A DNA stretch of 62,885 nucleotides, counting the filler, from Sluysia triapertura (Eukaryota): assembly GCA_046118255.1 (NCBI GenBank). It is 5 parts of 5 records of this genome, joined end to end, with 100 filler letters (N's around TTAATTAATTAA, not from the genome) between each part and the next. Parts side by side here need not be neighbours in the genome. Positions count along the whole stretch, not along the records: positions 1 to 15,707 come from JBJNIA010221356.1; 4 more parts are not named here. One strand, written 5' to 3'. The notes under the pieces are model-generated. The model was not told the DNA's origin and did no database searches. It saw only the letters and a list, made by a program, of their open reading frames with translations. Each line of letters begins with the position of its first letter. The first letter of the stretch is position 1. Made by a program: the position numbers and the translations under genes. Below are positions 1 to 14,323 of the stretch, one piece after another.

Positions 1-728
1 GTTTGAGATGCTTATTGAAAGGTTGTAGTTTATTTAATTTTAAAAGACGATTACAAAATAAATCCTAGCGTATTTGTAGTGTCGTTAAAATGAGTATTGA
101 TAATGAATATGTGTAAATGAAGTAGGTTTAGTTTGGTGTAGTTGGTTAGAGATTTTAATGTAAATGTTTTCTATGTCTGAGGTACTTGTTAGCGTTGTTA
201 GATGGTGTTTGTGTATTTAAGGTTTCTTTATTATATATTGTGGTTGTGGTTTGTTTGATCAAATAGTTTTTGAGTGAATGTTGTGGATTATTCGGGATTA
301 ATTATCAGAGTATGTTGTGAAGTGGATGGTTGAGACTGTTAATCGAATTGTTGATATATATGAGTTGTTAAGATATTATAAATGTCGAGTGTTGTTTATG
401 ATGATTGAGTTGTAGTTCGATATTATGTTTTGGTGAAATTTGAATTATGGGTGTTGAATATACTGTTTCTCAAGCTAAAATAACATGAATTTATAAAAAA
501 AATGTTCAGAAATGCATTAACGCGTAAACAAATAAAAATAGAGTTTTTTTAGAATTTCATATTTCATTTTAAAATAATTTTTCATTTACATGATTCAAAC
601 ATTCCATCAAAGAAATTAAAACAGTCGGTAATGCATGATTTACCTTGATTATTGAAATAAATAAATTATTGGTACAATTTAATATTTTGCAACAGCTTAA
701 TTAAATAATGATAATTAAATAATTTTAC

Positions 729-885
729 TTGCATCTGTAAACAATGGAAATAATGCCGAATTCTTATCCGAAAATAAACCTAAAATTGTAGCTTCGTTAG
801 GATTCATATAATTTTTCAAATCTTTTAAAGAATTCACTTCAATAGCAGCATCTTTTTTGTTTTCTAATAACCATGATACAATGCC

Positions 886-934
<49 letters not shown>

Positions 935-1501
935 TTATATTTAAATATATAATACTCAACCAGATGCATCTCTAGGTCCATTATAAGGAGAATGTCTTTG
1001 CTTGCGAAATAAAAATAATGTCGGATAACCGCTAACTTTATAACGCTGTGCAAGTTCAGTTTGTGCTGTAGCATCTACAGCTGCCAGTAATATTGGCGGA
1101 TCATTTGTTGACAAAATTTTAGCAGCTCTTTCATATTCAGGTGCAAGACTTTTACAATGACCACACCTGAATTTATTTTAAAATAAATGTAAATTGATTA
1201 CAATTATAAATAGATTAAAAATGAATATTATTTCAATACTTCTAAAACAGTTTATTTAATAATATGTACAAAATAAAAATAAAAAGCTGTCACTTTTGTA
1301 GGTACTGCATTTCCTTGTATAAAATCCGCACTTAATATATAGCCCGCATTATAAAAATCAACTTTTAAATATAACCCGCACACATATTAATTCTTTAGGA
1401 TCAATAAAATAAATAAACTATTGATATATAGCCTGCACCACAAAAATACACTTTTTTCAATGTATAGCCAGCGGGCTATAGACAAGAAAATACGGTAATT
1501 C

Positions 1502-1553
<52 letters not shown>

Positions 1554-4435
1554 CTGCATAAATTTTTATATCGTACATACACTCCTTGATTCATTATTTT
1601 TATTATTTCTAAGAGATTCTGGACTTCTATAACTTAAGCATTTAAAGATTGCTGTTGTGACTTTGAATTTCACTCTTCCTTTTATTGGTAAAGAGCATAA
1701 TTCTTTAAGATAACATGACATTTGAAATCTTTTTACTTGAAAAATTACTCCTGCTAATAATTTCAATGTTAGCAATTTCAGTATGGAATTAAATACAATG
1801 TATCATTATTAAAACCAATACTATCACAAGCCAATTGAATTATTTTATAATTAAATTCTTGGTATAAATTTTTCATTTTTATTAAAATTTTAGCAATTTT
1901 GTTTATTTTATTTCATTTTCCTTTGGGAATGAATCAAGATAACCAAAAAATAAATGTGTATCAACCACATCATCCAGGAAATATCCCTATTAATGTATTA
2001 CGATCGATAGTTATGTTATGTAATGTTGAGAAACATATCATTTGAAGTGACTGCAGAAAAATTTAATGTTTAAGAATTAAATATTTGTTGGTTGGATTTT
2101 TTCTATTTATTGTTGTTTTTCTATTAAGATTATATTTATCATATTAAATTTAATTTTTAATTTAATATCATAACTTGTAACACTGAATATTGTGAAAAAA
2201 TGAAGAGCAAAGTATTCACAAGTAAAGCGGTATAATTAAATATTTCGCATAATCAAAAATTTCATTGACATTTAATTCTTGTATAAGTTTCTATTCTTAA
2301 AATGTTTCGGTAATCGAAATTTCTAAAAGAAATTAGTTCTTGGTTTGTACTTATTTTGTGTCCGAAAAGTTTTAATCAGATACCCAGTTGTTAACCATTA
2401 AAATTAATTTATACTTTTTAAGCATAATCAAGAATTCTAGAGGTATCTTTCCTTGAAGTATTTTCAATTTATTTTAAATATCAATGTAAAACCTTTGCAA
2501 ATTGTCAAAACCTTTACGTGGTAGCAGAGTACATTCAGTTATTACAGTTATTGCCAACAATGATGGTGAAAGAAACGTGCTGGAAATTTTCCATTTTTTT
2601 CCAAAAAAATTTTCACTTTTTCAGATACTTATTTTAATAATTCTTTATTTAGAGAATTGAATTTCGACTGTCAATGATATTATCTAATGATAATTTGAAT
2701 GTAATTGAATTTGAAATTTCAAAAGTATTATTACAAGCCATGTTAGATGTTTTCATAAACAAGACTACCTTTATTACATGTGCAGTTAACAGAGCCGAGA
2801 CAGCATCAGATAAAATCAATGTTTTATTTAAAACTTTGAAAAATCATATTGTGATGATCAAGACATTATAAAGTACTCTGAACATTTCAAAGTGTTTAAA
2901 TTTTAGAAATTGAACGTTATGTGTTATTAATCGTAAATTTGTGTTATATATCTGTAACGCAAACCTGCATCTTTGGAGTTCACGTTTCTCCATGATTCTA
3001 TATTAACTAAAGTTGATCAACACGACCAACAAGAGCAATAAGAAAAATTAGGAAGAAAGGTCATGCTGGAGGTCTACGAAGGTGATAGTGGTGTTGGGCA
3101 ATCTAGGTAAATGTTTCCCGATTAGAATTCGCTGAATATTACGACTTAGCTGAATTTCATAGTTTTAATTTGTATCACTTTTCTGAGAATCGTGATTTAA
3201 GTGCACTATACTTTATTATATTTGGTTTAGAAATTAAAGTTTCCCACTTTTCGTTATGTGATGTATAAAGTAGAAAATAATGTTTTCCTTAATAAACCAT
3301 GCTGACCTTACGTAGTAGTTTTAGTTTCAGAGTGCATAGCAGTACTAGTAATTGGTGCTGAGTTATAAATAAATTCGGAAGATTTTCTAAAAACCTTCCT
3401 CAGGGCTTATTATTGCTATATTTAATAAATCAGAAAAGTTAACATATAAAACCCTAAAATGGCGATGCATTATGCAATTCAAAAGAGAAGTATTACATTA
3501 CAATATATAAATTTAAGTTACCTTTATATTAATTTCGAAAATTTTTTAATTCAATTCCACATCTACAATATGGTCAAATTCATGTTCAACATATTGCAAG
3601 TAGTTTGAAATAATTAGTTTTATACAGAAAACAGAATTTTGTGTTTAATGTTTCATTTGGTGATCTTTTAAACTTTTATATATTGCACATTTAGAGTAAT
3701 AATCGAATTACATTTTACGTTACTTTAAATTGTTAAGGTATTTGAAAATAGTGCTTTCATTTTACCACAAAAAATCAACTAACCAAGGTGCAAAAAATTC
3801 GACCAAAGTATAATCATTGCTTTCAATATGTTGTGTAAAATTATCGTTTGTTAAAGTCAACACTTTTTTACTTGGTGGTTTCCAATCTGGTTTATTAACA
3901 TCAAGCATGAATTTTACTATAGTGTCTTTATCACGATTGCCTTCATAATCGTATACATCACCGTTTTTGAAAAACTTTAATGTAGGATATCCTTGGATTT
4001 CATACCTTAATATTAATATATACATCAAAACCATTTTTAAATTTTTAATTATAATTGTTAAATTTCAATTAAAACATAAATGTGTACTTAGCAGATACTT
4101 CCGTCTCGACAGAAGAATCAACTTTTGCAACTTCAATGGAATATTCCTTCAGTGATTTTGAAATTTCAGAATAAATTGGAGCAAAAGCCTTGCAATGTCC
4201 ACACCTTTTGTTAAATATTTACAATATTATATAAATATTACCAAGGAGCATAAAATTCAACTAAAACTATAGAATTGTCTTCAATAAATTTATCAAAGTT
4301 TTTATGAGTCAACACCTTAACATCATTTTCTACTGCAATTTCTTATAATTGTTAAACAAATTTATAAAATTTACCTTCAGAACAAAAACATAATTCAAAG
4401 ATTATAAAAAGTACTAAAAGTAATTTAATTATCAT
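729..4435 (-). CDS. PDIA4: Protein disulfide-isomerase A4 (ERp72)-like, 5' part (6 exons; gene probably continues beyond the left edge of the window)
   Basis: Spliced by eye with GT..AG introns. Exons: 4435-4375 (signal peptide [20 protein letters not shown]), 4341-4242, 4204-4088, 4005-3784, 1166-961, 884-729. This gives two tandem thioredoxin domains (VEFYAPW|CGHCK and VEFFAPW|CGHCK, each with GYPTL), the linker PDWKPP, then the start of a b domain. The a0-a-b order is the ERp72 architecture. Introns are 33, 37, 82, 2617 and 76 nt. Confidence 0.92.
887..933. repeat. (AAT)n microsatellite in a PDIA4 intron
   Basis: Pure TAA/AAT run; it produces the poly-Leu in ORF 715..1074. Confidence 0.95.
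1305..1495. mobile_element. pogo/Tc2-type MITE (~190 bp) in the long PDIA4 intron
   Basis: Imperfect TIRs: left CTGCATTTCCTTGTATAAAATCCGC; right, reverse-complemented, CCGTATTTTCTTGTCTATAGCCCGC. TA on both flanks (1303-1304, 1496-1497). Internal repeated TATA(G/A)CCCGCA sub-terminal motifs typical of Tc2/pogo elements. Confidence 0.7.
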
Positions 4436-7400
4436 ATTTATTCTGATTATAATTAAAAATAAATATTTTCAAAATTATCTTTAATGACCATATAAATCTT
4501 CACTTATTTTATATTTTACAATTAATATCTGTTGCATTTGTATTATTTTTGCGTGATACAATTCAAACATACGTATAATAAATAAAGGTCATTTTTTATA
4601 TTTACATCAAATTAACATAAAATTGAAAGCCCTCTCTTATACTTGAACGAATTCCATTGGTTTTTTAAAAATTAATAGAAATATATAAACAAGATTTCTT
4701 ATATTTAATAAGAAGTTTCATATATGTTAGGTACATAATTCTGAGTTATTTAACATGATTCTATTTTATACACTTTTGAACATCAAAAACACGTATTTGT
4801 GAAATTTGTGATATACAAATCAAATGAATAATTTTAACATTTTTATTGTTTTGTAGTATACAATTATAAGATTTTAATTTAACGGTAAATATATTTTTAT
4901 TGGAACTATTATGATATAACAACTATACGTAAAAAAATAAGAGCATTATTCTTTGCAATTTCAAGGTAATTGTATAAATAGGCTGAATAAAAAAATTGGT
5001 ATTTTATTATAATCATCAGTAATAGTCGCTTTTGATTCACCATCTAGCGCAGAATAATTTTTAAATTAATGTACACTAATATATTGCAGCTTAAGGCTAG
5101 ACATTTAAGTAAATATGAAATGCTTTGAGCGAAAAATACTGTTATCGATATTTGATAGCTGACTTTGTTTTTTTGAAAAACGATAGTCGGGCAAATTTTC
5201 TATTTTTAGCTGTAGTTTATATGTCTATTTACAAAAATAATATATTTCTACAAATCAATATTTTTGCTACAAATGATTTACTATTAGGTTGTTTTTATCT
5301 TCATCTTCAACAAATATTATGGTAATGCTATGGTTCTTGAGACTTAGGAGAAAATATTTTATCAAAAATCTTATTCATATTGTATTGAATTCGAATGACT
5401 CACATGATATCATTTCTCCAATGTGGATCTAAAATTAAATTAATTATTAAAAATTCATGAAAAATAATATGATTTAAATAATTTATTTTGAAATTCAAAA
5501 TAAAAATTTTAAAAGCTATCTCATTTGAAAAGTAATGTTGGGTTAATTCCTTTGGTGGAGAGTTTCCTATAGGAATTTTTAAAAGAGTTTTATAAATTTT
5601 ACAAATTTTCTTTCAATTTCTGCTAAGATCCTTTAAAGCAACTTAATCTTTCTAAATATAATTAAGGAATATTGAATGATATTATATAATGTTTATTAGT
5701 TATGTTTTAGACAATTATTTTTTATACTTTAAAATAGTATACTGTATTATTGTTGTAATAATTATTATAATTATTATAGCAAAGTACTATTAAATAAGTA
5801 TACATAGTTGCAATTTCATTTGTTAATAATAATAATAATAATTGTGTAATAAATTTTTTGTGGTTGTTTAAATTATATGCTAATGTAAAAATTTGTCTCA
5901 ACTTCTTCTAAGCCTTTGAAATTTAGCTTTTGTCTCTTTAAATCTGTATTAAGTTCAAATATGTCTGAATATTATTTTACACTATAAAAGTCTTTACTCT
6001 ATATTATCAATTCAAATTTCTTTATAAAATTTTTAACTTTAATTTACAATTTCACCTGGAGGTATCAGTTAAAATACTCGTCCTTTCTGTTCAGGATGGA
6101 AATGCTTAATAATTTGATAATAATAGGTTTATTAATATTTAAATACTTAAATCTCAATTTAATTATTCCGTTAAATTCAACTATTCAACTATAATCTTTT
6201 GGATTTAGTGTTCAAATTTCTAACTTAATATCTTCTGTATATGTTTATCTTTTCTTCCTCTTTTATAGTCCCACTCTTAGTTAAGATTAATTAACAATTG
6301 GTATAATTGTTATATATCGTATAATGTTTCGATATACCAGTTTAAGCGTTTAAAACTTCTTTCTTTCTGTGCTGTGAAATTTTCTATTGAAATTTAACAA
6401 TTTTTTATTTCCTTTTATAGTAATTCTCAATATATACAAATTATTAAATTAAATCCATATTATAAATTCAATAGTATTAAATTCAATAGTATTAACAGTA
6501 CAGATAAATAATTTCCATATGTAGACAGTAAATAATTTCACTATGTAAAATTCAATAATATTAATAGTATATAATTTCACTTTGCTGTTATCATTAACAG
6601 TAAATAATTTCAATATTAGTTAATGTTAAATATAGATAGTGAAATTATCTGATAACAATAATAAGTAATTGAAAATAATAATAATAATTTCTAATAAATA
6701 ATAATAATAATAATATTGATATAATAATAATGATATTTATTGCCTTTAAATTCTAAAAATGATTATATTTAAAATTTTATTCTTTTAATTGCTACAGTTA
6801 AATGAAATATTATGTTTAAAATTTTAAATGATATTTTAAATGAATGTTAATGCTACAGTAATATCTTCAACAAATCTTGTTTAAACTTTAGAATTTCGCA
6901 ATAATGTCTTGCTTAAACTTATGCGCTGTCTTGTTAAGTTTTACTCTATTTATTATAATCCACAGAGATAACGAATTCAATATACTTACAAGTTTGTAGA
7001 AATTATCTGTATGAAGTTTGTATAGTCTGTATAAATTATCAATATAATTACCATTTGTAGAAATTCTACAATCAATGTTATTACATAAATATTAAATAGG
7101 ATTATGCAATATACTATTTATTTTAATCACATTCAATAAACCATTTTAGACACTATCATACATTATTATTCAAATTTACTACCACTATAATTATTATTAC
7201 TATTATTTTTCATATATTATTCAGCATACAATTTTAAGAATTTACGCATAAATTATTATTATTATTTTATTCACATTCAAATATGTTCATTATATTTTTA
7301 TTATAAGGTTCACCATTTATTTCAAACATTCAATCCTATTACATTTGTATTAATTATCTTTTGTATTCACTAATTACATTCCTATTTTTCATGCAATTAT

Positions 7401-10400
7401 TACATCCACATATTTTCCTATTTTCAAACATTCTAATTTTTAGTGGCTCACAATTTATATTTACACGTAAAATGTTTTTTAGGCAAATGTTTAAATCATT
7501 CATTATTCAATTTATCTCGTCATTCGCATTATGCTATTCGCCTAAGGCTCACCATTTAAAACACCAACATTTTCAAAATATACTTAAACATTATTGAAAC
7601 GGTCATAAGATCTTATAAATTTACATCGTTATTATTTCTAAGCATTTTCATTTTTATTTTAAACATTCGACAATATTTTCATTTTCAGGCATTCATTCTA
7701 TTATAGCATTCGATCGTTATATTTACCTCAAAATTAAACAGTCCGTTGTAAACAAATATTCATAACTTATTTCAAAGTATTTTATTTTTATGCCATTTTC
7801 ATTTGCAATAATAATAGTGACGGTAAGCATGTACAAAAAGCTGATACCGTATATTTAAATAATAATCATAATCATAATCATAATAATTCAATAATTTAAT
7901 AATTTAATAATATAGCCAATTTAATATCTAATATTACTACCCCTATTGAAGATTATACTATAATATGGTTAACTCTAATACAATAAAGTTGACTCTAATA
8001 AATTAATTCCTATATAAAATTACTGAGTAGATTGTAGGTCTATAATATAGGCAATTATGTATAGTAACTTACACAAATTATGCAGATTTTAAGGTTAAAA
8101 CTTTAATTTGGTTTTAAAAAGATATTGTTTGGTAAAGATATTTTGCAAATTATAAGATTAATTTGAAGCATTGTAAATATTTGAATTTCAATTTAACGTT
8201 TGACAAATGATTTTCCGATAAGTGAATTTAAAGAGATTGAGTGCGTCATGATTATTCGATATTTACCGATGTCAGATTAATGATAGAAAACTGCTGTAAA
8301 GTCGATTTCTTTACTAACTTCAAAAATTATTGGTAATGTTAACCAAGAACAATTGAATATTGTGCGGAAGCTTTGTATCAGGCTTGATTTATTAAAAGAT
8401 TACAATCACTTAATGTTTTGTTTAAACTTGATTATATTAATTTTGATTTTTTTGTTACTTGAACATTGTATGAATTTATATTCATCAAAGTTAATTGTTA
8501 ATTACCTATTATTTGATTCATAATTGAACATTCATTATAGTTAATAATTTATAATTCTGTGATACCGATGATACGTTTGGGTTAAATCTTATTTTGATTT
8601 TCAATTTTGACAATATAATAGGTAATTAAATTAATAGTAATTAAATAGGTAAAATTAAAGAAAGACATAAAAATAATGCTTTTTTATATTATCATTTTGG
8701 TTATATAATTAAGAACTTTCACTTTGTGTTTAATAGTATTTGTTTTTAACTTTTTCATTTTTTTTCTTTGCGTTAATTTTCAGTAATTATTCTTGTGTGC
8801 TAATTAACTGTGATGAATTATTGGCTTTTTGGCTTTTTATTCCGATGTTTATACGTGTTTTTAAGTATTTGTTTTGCATATAAAAATGTTTTATGAATTA
8901 TTTTTAGGTGTTTAACAGGTTTTCTTCAACTATTAGAACCACAAACTTTTTATTTATTTTCAATTCACATTCAATATTTTAATATTTTATTAATACTTTA
9001 GTGAAATTGTAATTAAGTACTATGATTACCCATGGCATCATTAGTTTTTTGTCGAGGCCTTAAAAGGCCGAAATGAACTAAGCCATTCCTATACTTTCTA
9101 GCGAGACTTTTAAAATGTGCATGTCATATACAAAGAGTTTATTAGGAAATTTGCATTCCAATAAACAGCATTTAGTTTTTTTCGAAACTTCGATGATAGT
9201 AATAAATTCTGTTAAATGATCTGTCTTTGCTGAGGGACTGGAATGCAAATATTTCTACAAAACTTCTACATATATTTCTATTGTTTACAGATGAAAGTAA
9301 AACCAATGTCTTTGTTAAATCGGCACTTTCATCGAAAAAGTTTCAATTTGGGTTTAAATCTATGGGAAATTTTGTAGCTCTATTCAAACTTTGGGTTGAA
9401 TTGGATTTTCGTATTGCAGAATGATCTTACCGCTAGATTGGCGAGATCTTCAATTTCATTAACCGTCAAAGAATAATTGTTTTAGGACATTCAGTGCTCT
9501 TTGGTAATGCAACGAAGGGTTCCGAAATCATTCTTAACTTTCTTAAGGAATTTAAGAGGTGTCAAAAGGCTTAAAGATTGACTCTTGAAGATCAGATGTA
9601 CATTAGGACTGTAAACAAGAACTTATTTTAATTATCAGATCCTGTGTAAGAAGTATGAATACCCTAGTAAATTTGTTTGCAGACCTTAATGTCAGCTTTG
9701 ATTACGAGAAACAGTCATTGGGAGTTCCATTGGAGACAGCATTTACTTTGATTTGACTACTTGTTGGGTTCTCATTGAGTTGTGAGTGTCACTACCGCCT
9801 AGTAGTTTGTACTTGATCATACTTGTGCATAAACCTGGCACCTTTAATTGTTAAATACAACATTCCAATATGTTCAACACAAACGCAGAGTAAACCGTGG
9901 GATAAAGAAAGAAAGAACGTATAGTGCAATTCGGGTAGGTTCACATCTAGTGGCTGTGACATAACCATTTAGGTTTTGATGCAAGCAAATTATTCCACTC
10001 ATCTGCATCGCCATTCGAGGATTCTGGACCTACTGTGACTTCTTCCTACAATCAGCTCCACTGGTCCAATGGATCATTATTTTCTTTGCTTTAGTATAAT
10101 CATACTTATCATCAACTGCAGCATCGCCATTGGTTTCATCTACTTCATCATCCTTGGAAGGGACATCGTCTCTATTACAAAACAAATCTGGTACCAGGTA
10201 CAGGTGAGAGGCAACAATAATAATAAATTCATGTCCATATTGACTACAGGGACTATTACGGAGGTAAGCCTGATATACACCATGAGTCTAACGGCAAAAA
10301 CTTGTTCCCCACTGAAAACTATCACAAAATGATAATATATGATATGATTCAAGATATAATTTGTTATATATTTATAAGTCATTCAATATTATTTGAGTAG

Positions 10401-10529
10401 ACGTTAGATTCTTTCAATTTACTATTAGTTAGATTTCTATTAATTATTAGTAGGTTGATATTTTAATTGTTTATAGTAATAATTATTATAATAAATTAAT
10501 ATTGTTCATCGAGTATTGTTTTCTTTTAG

Positions 10530-11654
10530 TTTGCATTTTATGGACTCAGTGAAAAAATGGGACTATTTGCAAAAGAAATATTCGAATTACTTATGAATGA
10601 AGCAGCTTGGGATGTTGATTTTGAAAGTGTTAAAAAGAGAACTATTGAATATATAGATAATTTTAAATTCGAAAAACCTTTTATTAAAGCAAGAATTTTA
10701 ATGGATTGTTTGATTTATGAAAATAAATGGCTTCCTGAAGAGTTATTATCTTGTTCAGATAGTTTAGTTTTGTTCAATTTTCTAACATATAATAATGTTT
10801 TTGGTATTGTTAAATATATAATTTTATTAATTTTACCTATTTCGATCAAGCCTTATATCTCGAACAAAACAGGTGTAATCTTGTGTTTGTACTAGACATT
10901 TGAAAATCACCATACGAATTACAAGGCCTTGCTATAATTATAAACAGATGTGATTGTATAAAATAAAACATTATCTTTTTACTCTAATACTGTATTATTC
11001 CAAATGAAAAGTGTTAGAATTCAACGAAACGGTTCGACATGTTCGTTTAAAGGAAAGATTATGGATCAAAAATATTTTTTGAATTACGTGAAAAATGTCA
11101 GATTGTTGCGTACATCTTAAAGGCAAATTGACTTCAGTTTCAACCTATTCAGACTATTTATCATTTTCGGATGTTTATACAAAATAATTCCACTTTTCAT
11201 TTTTAGTTATTTGTTTTAGGTAATATTAATATTTTCGATTGTATTTGAATTTGTAACTTTGGTTTTGTAACTTCAAAATACCTTTAAATAAGTTTTATTT
11301 TGTGAAAACTTTAAAAAAGAACACTTTTTATATCACCTTTTTCCTTAATTTAATTTCTTGAAAATTACCTAATTTCCCTTCATCGAAAGCCAAGACTTTT
11401 TTGCTCCGAAATTCTTAAATTTGTTGACTAATTTCTGTGGATTCACTTTTAAAATACTATTTTTGGTTACATAAACAGTTACTATCCAATATTGGCAAAA
11501 TCAGTTTTAAGGTATCTTTCATTTTGATTTATTTGTCTTAACTTATTTATTTTTTCAGAAATAAATCAAGAAAGTTTTAGAGATTTCATGAAGAAATTTT
11601 TTGAAACACTCTATATAGAAGGATTAATTTATGGAAATTTCTTGCCAGAGGCTG
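10530..11654 (+). CDS. IDE: M16A metallopeptidase (insulin-degrading enzyme/nardilysin-like), two internal exons
   Basis: Exon 10530-10761 (FAFYGLSEKMGLFAKEIFELL...FESVKKRTIEYIDNFKFEKPFIKARILMDCLIYENKWLPEELLSCSD) splices in phase 1 to exon 11559-~11654 (KINQESFRDFMKKFFETLYIEGLIYGNFLPE). This resembles the IDE domain-3 pattern G(Y/F)xDK...FE..K......NF...P...A......L....W...E....F......L.IE.L..GN. Other exons were not identified; IDE versus nardilysin is not resolved. Confidence 0.75.
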
Positions 11655-13402
11655 GTTTTTTTGTTAAATTATACTTTATACTTTATTTTATCAATTTAAA
11701 ATTATTTAAATATGTATATGAGAAATATATTGTTTTAATTTATAATATTGTGATATAAAATAATTTTCTTTGTTTAAAAATTAATGCATAATTTTAGATT
11801 TAGAATATTAAATATATCTTTAGTAGGGCTGTTCCATGTACATGGATTTTCATTATCCTTGAGTATTTTTTGAAATAAAATTCTAGAATATTTACACTAA
11901 ATTTCTAATTGGGAAATCAATGTTTTATAACACAAAACATGTCTCACTTTGGAATAATAGTTGTTCGTACATACATAATATTACATACTATATAATACAC
12001 ATAATTAGTATAATATATACATCTGGTTGTATTAAAAAGCCATCGAAATTCATAACATTACGTTGTAATTTCATTCTTGGTTTTATTTTATTATGTTTAA
12101 CTGAATTATTAAATCATTCAATGGGAGTTTAATTATTGAGTGGGCTGTTCCCGGTGCACATGTAAAATTTTTATAGGTGTACCGGTGCAGGAAAATCCTT
12201 CAAAGTCCAAGCTTAGTTTAATTTGTAAACAATATGACACTCAGGTTCTCATGACTTCGACAAAACAGATGATCGAATTGATAAAATATCGTAATATTAT
12301 AAATCGTAATTCTAAATAATTAAACTTTTTAAGGCTAAACTGAAAGAATCAGATTCTACAACAAACGAAATAGGTAATACTAATCAAAATGATGGATGAT
12401 AAGTAGAAGGCCAATATTCGTTATAAGTAGTACAATTCTGTGATTTAATATTTATCTTTTACTGGAATTATAATTTTAGATTTACTTTCTGATTCGATTT
12501 TAGTATTGCTAGAATTATTTTTAAATCCACTAAATCTAAGTAGTGTTCATCATTTAAAATGAATTAATATTATGACTATAGTTTTTCTAAATTGTACTTC
12601 ATTAATATTAATTGTTCTTCATTCAATAAAAAATTGACCAATGAAGATTGATTTTGTCTAATTAATTTCATTAAAAGTTTGACTTTATATTTAAAATAAC
12701 GATCATTGTCTTGCAACAAAATTCATTGAATTTTCTTTCATTATCTAAGTTTGATTTTTCATTTTATCAATAGTGAATTCTACCAATCGTCAAAAAGAAC
12801 TGTACATTGACAATGTATAAACTAAAAAGTCTAAATAAGAAAAGTTATTTTATCTTTTCTGATTCATACAACTGTGACATGTGACCAGGCCTGGCATTCA
12901 AAAACTTGTATATCACATTATCAACATCTATAAGTTCGAATTCTTCTCTCTCGATACTTAATAATTATATGTACAGTGGCGGAAAAAAGGGTAGCGGGGA
13001 GTGCTAGGTGTTACGGGGCGCATACTCTTGAAAAATATAAACAGCGAAGGAGTTAATTATTTTTCGTGTGCTATTTTTATAGATTATGTAATAACGATAC
13101 AAATATTTCTTAGTCAACCTAATGTGAAAAATCTAATTTTATTTTTCTAATTATAAAATGAAATTAAAATTAACTAATATTTTTTGAAAATAATAAACTA
13201 TACTAATAAAATCAACATGTATTACCATAAAGGCAGTAAATAATTTAAGAAAATATAAGTTTAAAACCACTTATGCAAATCAAATTAAGTTAATTGCACT
13301 TATTTGAATTTATTTTGATTTTTTATTCATCTAATGCAAATATTTATAACTCAAATTAATATGTTAAGTACAACAATTTAAAAAATTGTGAGTGTAATTT
13401 AA

Positions 13403-13636
13403 CCGTTTTAGTGCAGGAGAATTTTCTTATGCATGTGCTAAAAGTCCGGGATGAAATACGTAGTATTTTTGGGGGGAAACAACGAAAATGGTTATAATTA
13501 ACACTAATTGTTATGTAACAAGTAATTTTGATCAAAAAATATTTTTTATTTTCACTTATTACAAAATGTTTTGCTGCGCCGTATTTTTGGCATACGATAA
13601 GTGAAGTGCAATAGCGCTTCGCCTGGACTCAAGCGG
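13403..13636. mobile_element. piggyBac-type MITE (234 bp)
   Basis: TTAA on both flanks (13399-13402, 13637-13640). TIRs CCGTTTTAGTGCAGG and, reverse-complemented, CCGCTTGAGTCCAGG. Confidence 0.8.
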
Positions 13637-14028
13637 TTAAATCTTTTACTGTTTTATATTTCAATATAAGTTTAGTTTATATATTATTTATAGAAACTTC
13701 AGCTCTAAAATAAAATTTCAAGTTACATTCCAGTTATGTTCCAGTTGTGTTAATATTTGGTTGAATTTCACTTAGAAGTAGTATGTTTAATATTTAAACA
13801 AAATAATAAAAATAAATGTATAATTCAGTATTTTTCGATGATAAAAAATTTTTTTTAAATAACTTAAATTAAATCACATTTGAATTATGTAACATAGTAA
13901 GATTTAAAAATTTATTGTGGTTTTGCACACTTATTTTCTAATTATTTGAATCACTAATTGGTATTAGTTTTGTATGTCTTCATTTCTTGCTCGTGTTAGA
14001 AAATGGAGGATGAAAAGATAAATTTACA

Positions 14029-14323
14029 ATGTTGCGATATTATTTATTATTTACAATATTATTTACTATTGTCCTGAATGCTCAAGAAATTAATAATAAA
14101 CTGATATGTTTATTTTTCATTTATTTTAACAATTGCTATAAAATTATAATTTATAATATTCATTATTACTGTGGTTTGATAATTGAAAAAGATTTTAATT
14201 ATAGTAAAAGCACAGTCACATTTTCTATGTATTTTTAGAGAAATATCTAATACAAATTCACTCTGAAAATTGCAGTTCACAATTTTTTCCATTCAACGTA
14301 TCTAATTTGCAAGAAAATATTTG
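14029..14323 (+). CDS. Possible 5' exons of an unidentified secreted protein
   Basis: MLRYYLLFTILFTIVLNA-QEIN looks like a cleavable signal peptide. A downstream exon-like block (~14239-14323) is bounded by tttttag and gtaag. I could not build a consistent spliced frame. Confidence 0.25.

Noticed and set aside
715-1074. 119-aa ORF with poly-Leu as a membrane protein
   Set aside because: The poly-Leu is an intronic microsatellite; only the C-terminal part is a true PDIA4 exon.
12974-13030. hAT-like end CAGTGGCGG (also CAGGGCCGG at ~53011)
   Set aside because: No partner TIR or TSD found.
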